From NCBI GenBank assembly GCA_965649825.1, contig OZ287708.1, positions 515,411 to 579,410 of the forward strand: 64,000 nt of DNA, read 5' to 3'. A model generated the notes under the pieces. The model worked only from the letters and a program-made list of their open reading frames with translations, was not told the origin of the DNA and did not search any database. Positions 48,646 through 62,238 of this stretch are shown here, piece by piece. This DNA comes from Penicillus capitatus. Its lineage: Eukaryota; Plantae; Chlorophyta. Position numbers and translations under genes: made by a program. The number at the start of each line of letters is the position of its first letter. The first letter of the stretch is position 1.

Positions 48646-51600
48646 TTAGATGATCTTGTGAATCTTCCAAAATCCAGGTTTCTCTTTGTTGACCTCCTCT
48701 GCCTTTTCTGCAGAAGTCACTGCAACAACGCGTGCTTGATCGCCCTTTAACGCATCCAGTTTCTCTCCGAATCGCACAAAATCTTCTTTGGTCGTGCCCA
48801 GCAGTTCATCTCTTCGTTGCTGTCTCCATTCATCTGTGATTCCGACAAAATGGCGAACCATGGCAGTGTTTCCTTTAGCATCAGGCAACTGATAGGCATC
48901 TACACTGCCGATGGCTCCGACGATGGCCGTTACTAGAGCGTCTTCGTCCATCTCTGTTGTCTTTAGGAAATTGGCGGCATCCTCGTAGGCCTTGATAGAT
49001 TCCATCAGATTGGGATCTCTGTACGAGACAAAGGTACAGACACCAGACTGCGAATCCAATGACGTCATGCAACCGTAAGCACCACCCAAGACTCTCACAC
49101 GGTCCCACAGCCACGTTCCAAAGAGATGCTTTGTCACAACAGATGATGATCCATGGACTTTGAAATCGGTCGCTTTGAAGAAATTCACTCCCTTGCCAAC
49201 GTAATTCACCTGAGTTGGAATCGTGAATGCCTCGTTCTCTGCAGGAAGGAGGACATTCCATTTCTGTTTTTCCAGACTTGGAGAGGGAAGAGCGGAAAGC
49301 AGAGCATCCACATGTGGCTGTGCTTCGGATATAGTCTCCTTGTCTGCTGTCATGTTCACCGTGCAGTTATTCGTGCAGATCAGATATCGTCGGCACTCCT
49401 CCAGCTGCTGCAGAACACTTGGCCAGTCTTGATCGACACGTTGTACGAGATCTCTAATAAATGTAATGTAAGAGATGCCAGACATCCGCTCGTTGACGGC
49501 ATCGGCTAAACATTGCTGTGCAGCCAGGCGCTTGACGGCGAAGCTGTGGCCGGCTCTGGAAATGGAGCTCTCCAATCCAGACTTGGTTTCCAACACCATC
49601 TGCTTGAAGCGCTCCTTGTCATCCAACTTTGCACTGAGCAAAATCTCTTTGATGATATCCATTGTGTCCCCAATTTTATCTTTCATGGCTTTTCCGGAGA
49701 TCAACATTTTCGCGACGGGTTCCTCCGAATCGCGCTTGCTCGTAACCAAAGAAGAAGCGCTGACGCCACCCGTCTTTTGTCCAATCAACTCAATGAGTTG
49801 CACGAAGTCGCGCTTTTTAGTGCCCATCTCTGTCAGACAATCGCAAAACAGTGGCACCATGGGCAAAAGCTCCTCTGGCAGGGATGTCATATCCAATGCC
49901 AAGGTAAAGTAAAGAATATCGTTCGTAAAGAGATCGTGTGTTAGATAAGTGACAGACCCTTCCTGTCGGACCTCCGTCGGAATCTTCTGAGCTTCTTTGG
50001 GCAGGTCAGAGAGTTTCAACAGGGGAACACACTTGAGATCCTCTGGCGAATCGGGTTTCTCTTGGCGTTCCTTGAGGATCTTGGTCAACTGCACTTGCTC
50101 CTGTAGATCCTGTTCAGTCATTTCTGCTTTGATTTGAGCCAACTTCTCCTGCTCAGTCTTCAGCTTTTTTGCCGCCATTTCTGTATCCGGCTGCATCTCT
50201 AATGTGATCCTGTGTTTGTTCCCCAGCAGAAATGTCTTGATCAGTTCTCCGAAAACATCCTTCCCGGAGGCTAACTGATCTTTCAACTCCTGTAAAGGCT
50301 CTTCCCACTGGAGGTTCTCGATGGGATCTCTCTCGTAATTCCATGCTTCGTTGGCGCGCATCATGAGTGAGAGTCCACGAGGGTATCGACCTGTGTTGTT
50401 CTCTCTGAGACTGAACTCGATCGTGTTCATTGCGGCATCAATCGCGTCTTGAGAAAAGCCTTCTTTTGCCAGACGCTCCAATTCTTCGATGATGATGCCT
50501 TCCACTTTGCCAGCATTCTGCGACTCCACTCCCTTAAGGCCAACGTGGAAAGTGGGTTGTCGCATGCTGTCATCCAATCCGCCGCCGACGACAGACTCCC
50601 CGAGATTGCTGTCCGTCAGACGCTTATAGAGTGGCGCAGCAGGTGTCCCCATTAACAAGTGATTGAGAAAGGACAGGGCGAGTTGCGTTTTAATATCCAG
50701 GTGGTCTTCAGACAGTAACCAATGGAGAGAGGCAAATGTCTTGTCATCCTCTCCGGCAGCATAGGCGTCCACGATTTTCTTCGGCTCAGAAAAGAACTTC
50801 TGCTGATCGATCTCAGAATCGATTTTCTTCTTGGAAAACTGCTCGAGATAGTCATTAAGAATCTCCAGTCGTTTAACAGGATCGTCGTTTCCAGAAAACC
50901 AAATCTTGGCATTGCTTGGATGATAGTAGGTGTCGTGGAACTCCTGTAGAGAAGATGAGCTGACGGTTAGGGAACGCCACACCAGTTGAGTACTCCTTAC
51001 CTTAAATTGCTCAAAGTTAAGATTCGGGATGTCCACTGGATCGCCGCCGCTCTCATGCCAATATGCATTGTCAGGAAAGAGCAGCCGTTCGCCTCGCAAC
51101 GCATGAACCTGATCAGGCGATGAGAAACTGCCTTTCATTTCATTGAAGACAACACCCTTGTACGTCAAGGGATTGTCCACTTTATCCAACTCATAATGCC
51201 ATCCCTCTTGTGCAAAGATCAACGGATCCCTCAAGCAATTTGGAAAGAACACAGCATCCAAGTAGATGTCGACGAGATTGTAAAAGTCTTGGACATTGCA
51301 CGATGCTACGGGATAACACGTTCTGTCAGGAAATGTCATTGCATTGAGAAATGTCTGCAAAGATCCTTTGATCAGCTGGACAAATGGCTCCTTGATGGGA
51401 TACTTTCGACTTCCACAGAGAACAGAGTGTTCCATAATGTGTGGAACACCTGTGGAATCACTCACAGGCGTTCGAAAGCTAATCGAAAAACATTTGTTCT
51501 CATCTTCATTCACCACAGACAACAGTTCGGCGCCTAAAACGTAAAGGGTATCACACGTGAACGTATGATGAAAGCACCACGACCTGTTTTCTTGTGGACG

Positions 51601-51967
51601 TAGTAGAGGACGTCGGAATCGTATTCTTTGACGTATTCACGGCGAGTTAGCTCAAAGCCGTGTGCTTCTTTAGGGGGATCCATTCGGCGTCGTTCGAGTG
51701 GCGCTGCCGCAACGTTGTACACGCGCAGGGAGGGAGATGCGAGATACGGGACTCTATGTCGGCGTTGGGGCGTTGCCACAACGGGCGTTCTTATCAAAAA
51801 CGACGATAAGGGACGTAGTTCGCGTCCGTGAGTCCACCGTGGAAAGGCGCTGATCTGGACCAAACAACAATGGTGCCTTGCTAGCCGTCGAGGCCACTTG
51901 CCTTGGTGACGTGCGTGACAGCGTGGCACCCTGAACGCGCGATTGTTGTTGCGAGTTGTCGAGCCAT
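48646..51967 (-). CDS. PREP: presequence protease (M16C)
   Basis: HIMEHSVLCGSRKYP inverted zinc motif, NAMTFPDRTCYP, VRVLGGAYG, SYRDPN; first intron GC-AG (51855-51901). Confidence 0.97.
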
Positions 51968-52005
51968 AAAGACGCTACAATCAAGGATTGGATGATAGTA
52001 ATGTC

Positions 52006-52013
52006 TAGGGTTT
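52006..52013 (-). promoter_or_regulatory. telo-box-like AAACCCTA in the 46-nt gap before PREP
   Basis: Exact AAACCCTA on the minus strand; an 8-mer can occur by chance. Confidence 0.3.
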
Positions 52014-53575
52014 TTATAACGCCATAACGCACGCAGATGCAAATGCTCTGTGTCCAGAAATTTCATCGATTTCGGGTTCGACGATCCACTGATCGTTGAC
52101 GAGTCGTTCGATCGGAGCATTCGTCGGATTGGAACCTATCGTCGATCGACCTCCGATCATGTAAAGAACGTCATCCATGACTGCTGCTGTAGACCAGGCA
52201 CGTCGGTAATGCATTGGCTGTCCCATACGCCATGCATTCATCCTGATGATAGACAAGTATCGAAAACGGTCGATCGATTGAAGACGAACCTGAGATCGAA
52301 GATCTGAGTCGAGTTCTCGTGCGTCAAGGTTGAATCGGCATAGGGTACAATGCCGCCAAAGAGATAGATGGCATCGCGATGATGTACGCAGCTGAATGCC
52401 GTTCGGCCTTTTGTCGATTTTTTCTCAACAAAACTCCACGTTCCCTACAGGCACTCCTCCGATCTAAGAGCATTTCTGTATGAATCGGTATAGAGCACGA
52501 TGCGTGGATCCAGCATTTCTGTGGATTTATGAATAGAGACATTGTCTTTCATGCCGTCAATGGCATAGAGCATTCCATTCGCCTCGACAGCGCCAAAATA
52601 ACAACGCGCTTTCGTCATGCTGTGTGCTGGCATCCACGTGTCTCTGGCTGGATCATAGTATTCGACAATGTTCATCGCCTGTTCTCCGGAACGACCTCCC
52701 AGCGCATATAATCCAGAGGGGGTATTCAGTAAACAGGGATTGGCACGTGGCATCTTCAGCGTCGCCAAAGGTTTCCAGTTGACCTCTGCGGAAAAAACAC
52801 CATGGATAGAGTGCATGGGATATATGATAGATGCTGATACGTGGTTCGGCCATGTTATATTTCCACAGTGCTCCAATCCTGTTGCGTCTCTGAAAATCTG
52901 CTTCGCCGATAACGTAGAGAGATGTGTGACGTGTAGCGACAGCAGGCGACATCCATTCCACACCACAAGGAATAGAAACCACTTCTTGCCATGTCTTTGT
53001 GTCAGGGATGTACTCTTCAATCTACAAGGACACTGAAATGTAATAACGACACAATATTTGGTCCTTACCATTCTTGCGAAAACACTTGTTGTCCCTCCAA
53101 TCAAGTAAAGATGCTCCGTTCCATTCATGACAGATACACTGGAGCGTCGGGGTTGATAGGGTGTTCCGGCCGTCTGCGATGCAGGTAAGGTCATTTGATG
53201 AGGTGGCTGCTTTGCTGATCGAACATGGAGATGTCGAGAACTCTCTCCTGCAGGTTCTCTGCGTGGTGGCGCTTCTGCGGAATGCATTTCTGTCCGTTCT
53301 GCTTTCATTGCGAAAAGCTGATCGATATCTGCCGAAGACAAATCCGTCTGTGTATTCTTATCGACCATTCCCGGACGCGTATCCACCGATCGCACTCGAC
53401 TACAGAGCCGTTCGGCTTGAGCACTCGTCCTATTCGTTGACGTCGTACTTGGGTTCGGGAGGAGGACCGTCAGGAGATGGGCCGGTGCTGCGAGGTGACG
53501 ACATCGACGAGAGGTCTGCCAAAGGATGGGGACTTGGCGATGGACAGCGCAAGCTGCGCGACAGCGAACGTCCAT
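52014..53575 (-). CDS. kelch-repeat protein; 5' end unresolved, may extend to ~53900
   Basis: LYLIGG, LYALGG..VEYYDP..W, LYAIDG, LYMIGG repeats. Confidence 0.8.
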
Positions 53576-54336
53576 TCATGACGGCGAGACGTGGATTTGA
53601 CAGTCGGCTGAGTACGAACCTTCCGGACGCGACACATCTTTCAATCCGCTCGTCTGTTGATCGATCGAACGCTCAGATGATGCGAAGCGTCGTCGGGCGT
53701 CATGCCCTAATTGGAGGGTATCGCCCCCTTACTGCTACCCCACGGCCAATGGGCGCTGTCTCGCGATCTCGTTCAGTCCTCGGGACAACCTCTCTCAGTT
53801 CACTATGCAGCTCCTTTTGTGGAATGACGATTCGAACGCGTTTGCGTCGAGGCACGACTCCTCGTCGACTCGAAGGACTCATCGTTGAAGCAAATGCCAA
53901 AAACAGTCGCGGTGCCCGACCAGGTACGCCAGCGAGATCTGTGGCTTGCAGATGTGATGGATGAGCGGTAGGAATGGGAACAAAGCGCAAGAGACGCCGA
54001 ACCTCCGGTTTCCGCACAAGGATGCGAACACCAGGCGGCAGGAGAGTTCTCAAACGTCGTCGAGCAAAAGGACGTCACGTACTGTGCACCGCGAGTGTGC
54101 GTCCTCAAAAGGAGCGCTTCACGAATAAGTACTGATGTTAGAGAGAGAAGGAGACGATTTTTTGTGTAAGGGTTCACGAAACTTTCCAAGGAAATTATTA
54201 TTTCCTCTCAGGAGTGTCACATCACACATTCTTGCTACATAAACATACGTTCCCATGTCTTCGGGGACCAGAGATGCACGACACATTAGAGGAAATGGAT
54301 GAGGTGTAGCATCTGGAACACGATGAATGAAGTTCT

Positions 54337-57084
<2,748 letters not shown>

Positions 57085-57167
57085 CTTCAACGCTACGCCG
57101 TAGCAAATCTACACGCAAGATAGGCGATGGCTTTGCGCGGTCTGTACGACGCAGCCGTAGCGAAATC

Positions 57168-57892
57168 ATGACACTGTGTGCCATTTGCCATCAGCACACA
57201 CCGGAGCGGCACCAGGCATTCCTTGACACATGCTTTCATGTGTTCTGCTACCAAGTTACTCAGCGATGAGCCACAATACATTCGAATGTGTCTCTGCTGC
57301 AGTGCATCGTCCAATGGAGTGCTCAACAACGCGATAGGAATGAAGAAATATTGCAGTGTCCTCTATGTCGTGCCGAGTATCGTTCTGTGTTTTATAGTTG
57401 TATCCAACACAGCTTCCGGTCAGCTTCTTTCTCTCTGTGGTCAGCAGATGAGATGGTATCCAGATTAGGCGGCACTGGTTCGTTGACAACAGGGAGGACG
57501 AGGCAACGTTCCTGACACCAGGCCATATGCGACGACGCGCTGTTTATCTCTTAGAAAATACAGCGGAGATAACTCCTATTCGGCGACCCGTTTTCGCGTT
57601 TCTCAAGGAGCGTCTCGTTACAGATGAACAGGCGCAGAAATGGATCCGCCGAGAGCTCGAGGCATTGTTGATGATAGACGACGTGGAGTTTCTCCTTGAT
57701 CTCGTGACGCATGTGGTGCGGGATGTCAGCAAACAAGAAGCAGAGAGAAAACTGCACCTCGCTATCGAGCCTTTTCTTCACGAACACGCTGGTCTCTTTG
57801 CAGCGGAGCTCGGATCTTTTCTCGCTTCCGGTCTGAATATGGTTGGCTACGATCACCAACGACTGGCCGCTGAAGAAAACAACAGTCTGTAA
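57168..57892 (+). CDS. C3HC4 RING protein (Topors/PWI-like C-terminus)
   Basis: CAIC..CFHVFCYQ|CI..CPLC; QKWIRRELEALL..PFLHEHAGLFAAEL. Confidence 0.85.
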
Positions 57893-57913
57893 TGCATTTT
57901 TGCTGACTGTGAG

Positions 57914-58849
57914 ATGACACGATTGACACACAGAGTCTCCACGACTGCACCGACCTTCGCTGCTTGGAGACCAAGAAGAAGACACGTATGGGTCTCCAGA
58001 GCGCAAGACAGACAGAGCGACGTGAGCGAAACGCACGACGAGATGTCACGGCGCACCGCAATTGCTATTCCGATTCTTGCGTCGTCCTTCATCTTCGCGG
58101 CACCACGTTCGTCCCGTGTTCGTAAATTTCCCTCGACAGACGTGTTTGTTCTACAGCGGTGTTTAGTCGAGAAGAAGGGATATATAACTTTGAGGCCAAG
58201 ATGAAGGGTTCGATGCAATCTTTGTCGAAGTACAGAGATCAAGTTCTTGTGATACTGAACGTCGCCAGCGAATGACCCCTTCAGAACCTCAATTATCCAG
58301 GATTGAGGACACTGCGTGAGAAATACGGATCGCAAGGATTTAATCTCATCGCCTTTCCTTGCAATCAATTCGGCCAACAAGCTCCTGGAACGAGCGAAGA
58401 AGAACGGGCCTATGCCATCAAGAAATTTGGTTTTGAATTTGACGTCTACGTACATTGACTCTTCTTGGCTTGCGAGCAGACGACATCACACCTTTCTGTC
58501 ATTCAGGACAAAATCGAGGTGAATGGATGGAAAGCACATCCGCTATACAAATATCTGAAGAGAGAGCAGCCCATGTCCTATCCACTGTATCAATATCCAA
58601 AACGTGCGAATGAAGTGGGAGAGATTGAATGGAACTACACAAAGTTCCTGATCGATCGTCAGGGCAGAGTCGTTCGGCGATACGGACCAGCATTGGATCC
58701 CCTTGCGTTCGAGGGCGATGTGAGTGCGGATTCGGCAATGCTCTTTCTGCTGATGTGTGATGTGACAGGTGGTACAACTGCTCCGAGGACGTCCACTGCT
58801 TCCGCCAGAATGCTTAACAGATCCAGATGAAGAGGCCTGTCAATTTTAG
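57914..58849 (+). CDS. GPX: selenocysteine glutathione peroxidase with plastid transit peptide
   Basis: In-frame TGA at 58273-58275 in NVASE-U; AFPCNQFGQQ, IEWNYTKFLIDRQG; SECIS in 3' UTR. Confidence 0.93.
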
Positions 58850-58879
58850 ATGTGTAGGACTGCATGTCGATGTCGCTTA

Positions 58880-58932
58880 GTGACAGTTAATGATGGAATT
58901 CTCGGGAAGAGATTCCGGATGTCGTCTGTCAC
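58880..58932 (+). promoter_or_regulatory. SECIS element
   Basis: Stem I GUGACAG/CUGUCAC; core AUGAU/GGAU; stem II GGAAU(U)CUC/GAGAUUCC; loop GGGAA; starts ~30 nt after the GPX stop. Confidence 0.8.
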
Positions 58933-60209
58933 AGACACGACTAAAGCGTTCTCGCACTATCGTTGACATAGTTACAGACTTTTTGGTTTCGCTATCATAA
59001 GCACTTTATCGAGATAGACCTTTTTGTTCGTCGGATCACATTTAACCTCGGACAGCTATTCTCAGCATTGGCGGCAGGAAAGATCGACACTGTCTATTGA
59101 AAAGTGCGTCGTTACAAATCGGCGATAGTGACTTATTCAATTGCGGGTAATCGAGAAGGTCCAATCGATTGAAATCAAACACATCGGAATCTATCGATTT
59201 CCAGTGAAATGAAATCTCAGCCAAATTCGTACAACCATGACTCTTGTAAGAGTGTACGTTGTTATTTATCGGAGTCGACGACCTGGATAGTGAAGAAATT
59301 AACTCTCTAATCGACTCGAATTCACGAAAAGCCAGCTAGCTGACCGACGTTGTCAAGAACTGCAATCTTGTTGGTTTCCTGGGGACCTATCGGTGTTACG
59401 ATCTTTCATTTGTTTGCTCATCATCGACAGCGTTTTTCTTGTCGAGACTACCGCTTAAATACGAATTGTTATCGATGAGTCTCAATAGTGTCGCCGAAGA
59501 GCACACTTGAAAAGAGAAAGTTTCCTGTGCCGTGCGTCTACGTTGTTCGCCCAAGGTCGAATGTCCGATAATGGCGATCAGTTAATCGAAGAAAGTGTTT
59601 TCACGAATCTTTTTCTGTCGATGACGAATCCATCAACGATGGACGCATGGATGTCGCGATTGCGCGTACTACAGTCCCTTAACCTTACCGTGACGAATCT
59701 TTCGAATCGATCGAAAATTGAATCACCGCCTTCATCGAGATGATCATTCAATCCTGTTATTTATGATCCAGTCGGCTTCGATCAATTCGAACGAAATGCC
59801 AGTTTTGAGTTGCATGTATCTTCCAATTTTAATCGCTATGTGGTGATGACATCGAGATCGAGAGCGATCTTTCTCCCGAATACAAAACTCAGACTGGACG
59901 TCATCGCGTTTTAATAAACGTAAACGTGCGATCGTCATTTTAAGTCGGCGAATCGATCTCTGATCATTCAAAATCGATTAATCAGAGAGGGAGCACAGTG
60001 GTCGGTGGTGTTCATCGAAGCATGATCGACGTCGATGAAGAATCGATTGACCGATTCTCGACAAATTTACTGTCGTACGCGTCGTGTCGATAGTTCTCTC
60101 GCCGGTGACGTGTTGTTTCGACGAATTGCACAGATCCCACAGGAGGCATTGCTATCAATGCGGCAGGACATCCATCCCTTCCATTCATTGACAAGATTCT
60201 ATTTCGTTC

Positions 60210-61080
60210 TTAATTCCCCTGATAGTTCGGTTTTCTTTTCTCAAACAAAGCCCTCACACCTTCTCGGCGATCCTCTCGCGCAATTAGAAGTCGCAGCAAA
60301 TTGGCATTCTGTTCATCGTCTTCCCCATTGTCTATTGCTTTCTTTGCAGCTCTGAGGGCTAGAGGCGCACTCAACTGCATCTTTTGAGCCAATTGAATCG
60401 CCCGTTTTTCGACACCATCATCGACACAGTCATCTAGCAATCCAACTTTCAGCGCTTCGGCACTGCCAATACGTCGTCCAGTAAAAATCAGTTCCTTTGC
60501 AACAGAAAAGCCAACAAATCTCGGCAAACATTTCATCGTGATGCGAGTGGGGATCATTCCCAGACGTGTTTCGGGGAATGCGAACACAGCTTTTGTATCT
60601 CCAAGGCGAAAATCGCAACACAGGGCTAACTCAGCACCAGATCCAATTGCAATGCCTTCCACGCAAGCAATCGTTGGAATCGGAAATCGCAAAAGCTTTT
60701 CCAGAACGTCCTGCGTTTTGAGGTTCACCACCATCACCTCCTCGTCACTCCACGATCCATATGCCTCCAGATCCAGTCCTTAAGTATGTGTGTGTCAAAT
60801 ACGAAACGTCATCTGTCACATCACCTTTGGAAAACGTTCCTGGAACGAGGCTTCTCAGCAGGACAGTCCGAAGGGACCAGCGCTCTGTTATGGCACCAAG
60901 AACGTGATCGAGCTCCTCCAGAAACTGGACATTGACGTCGTTATTCCCAGCTGCATTGTGTAGAACGATCTCGGCGATGTTTTCGTCGCGATGGACGACA
61001 TCGATGTATTTGCGTCGAATGCGTTTGAGTCCGAGCGTCGTGACAGAGCGTGCAAATCGATTAAATCGAATCCGCGTCAT
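60210..61080 (-). CDS. enoyl-CoA hydratase/isomerase (AUH-like), mitochondrial presequence
   Basis: PTIACVEGIAIGSGAELALCCDFR, FPETRLG, AKELIFTGRRI, EGVRALFEKRKP. Confidence 0.9.
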
Positions 61081-62224
61081 TCAAATCGATCGTTTCGCCA
61101 ATGAGATCGTCTAGTATCGATTCCTGTTCCGGACCGATCATCGTACGGAAAAACTCATCATTCGATGATCGATTGCTTTCGAATTCTGCCATCGCATCCG
61201 ATTTACGTCGAGATCCTCTGGCAAGTTTTTCAATCGGATCCATTTCTGCTTCAGTGTGCTTCTCGGGTTTCTTTGCGGCAGGAACAGGCCATTGGGGATT
61301 CTCTCCTCCTATGATAAGGCTCTTGATCCCTACATACTCTTTGCTGAATGCTGTAAGCATGTTGATCAAAACATCGAGGCACAGCTCATCGGCTGTCCCC
61401 ATATCCACCCTACATACTCGTCATCAGAGGAAACAGTAATTCAGATGTAGACCTGAAGCGTCCCCAAAGACCATTCGTTTCGAGGGGATCCATCTCGTGA
61501 AGAAATGCATCCATGGCTTCATTCGAACATTCTTGATCGTATGCAAAGCAGTTAACAGAATCGTAAGCGCGCATAGAGATCTAAGCGAAAGAGCAGAGGT
61601 CTCACTCACATCAACGATCTGCCGAATTCTGCATGTCACCTGAAGATTGGCAGAATTGAATCCTCCCAGTTTTCCGACAACAAACCAGCTGCGGAGGACT
61701 TCTGTCAGCATATCTATATCCGAGACAGATGGAGCAGAATAGAACTGCATCCATATCTATCACACCAGCATCGACAATCGAAAAGGTGATGACAAGAGAT
61801 CGGCTCGACCCAGAGATTAAAGTGCTCGATCTCGCGAAATCGAACATCCAACGGAATGTTAACTCCAGTTCGTGCTTGTACGATTTCCTGTTCCTTTTTC
61901 TCCTGTTCTTCTCGAATCTACAACACCTCGTCTCTTGAAACAAGCCTCGATGAAAATCGTTGTCTACCTTCTGCAAAATGCGTTCGGGGTCGCCATCGGT
62001 GCCGTCCACCACACGAGCTGCCCCTTCATCATATGGCGCATCCGCTATTAAATCTCTGCCGATCAAGAAACGTCTGTCCGTTCGATGAAGAGCGATCGAC
62101 GATACCTGACCCATCGTGGCTTATCTACAGCCGATACACGAACGGGGTGACGAAAGAGAGGGACTAAACGTCGTATACGCACACATCTATATCGCACCGA
62201 GGACGTCTGCGAAGGGCACTTCAT
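61061..62224 (-). CDS. DUF3531-family protein, plastid transit-like N-terminus
   Basis: VLRSWFVVGKLGGFNSANLQ, DMGTADELCLDVLINML..EYVGIKSLIIGG (family recalled from memory). Confidence 0.78.
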
Positions 62225-62238
62225 TTTACAGAAATCGA

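Noticed and set aside
53161-53964. 267-aa plus-strand ORF
   Set aside because: Antisense to the GC-rich 5' region of the kelch gene; no recognisable domain
61061-62224. Initial impression of an adaptor-complex sigma subunit
   Set aside because: The spliced product carries the GKLGGFN..NLQ motif of DUF3531 instead
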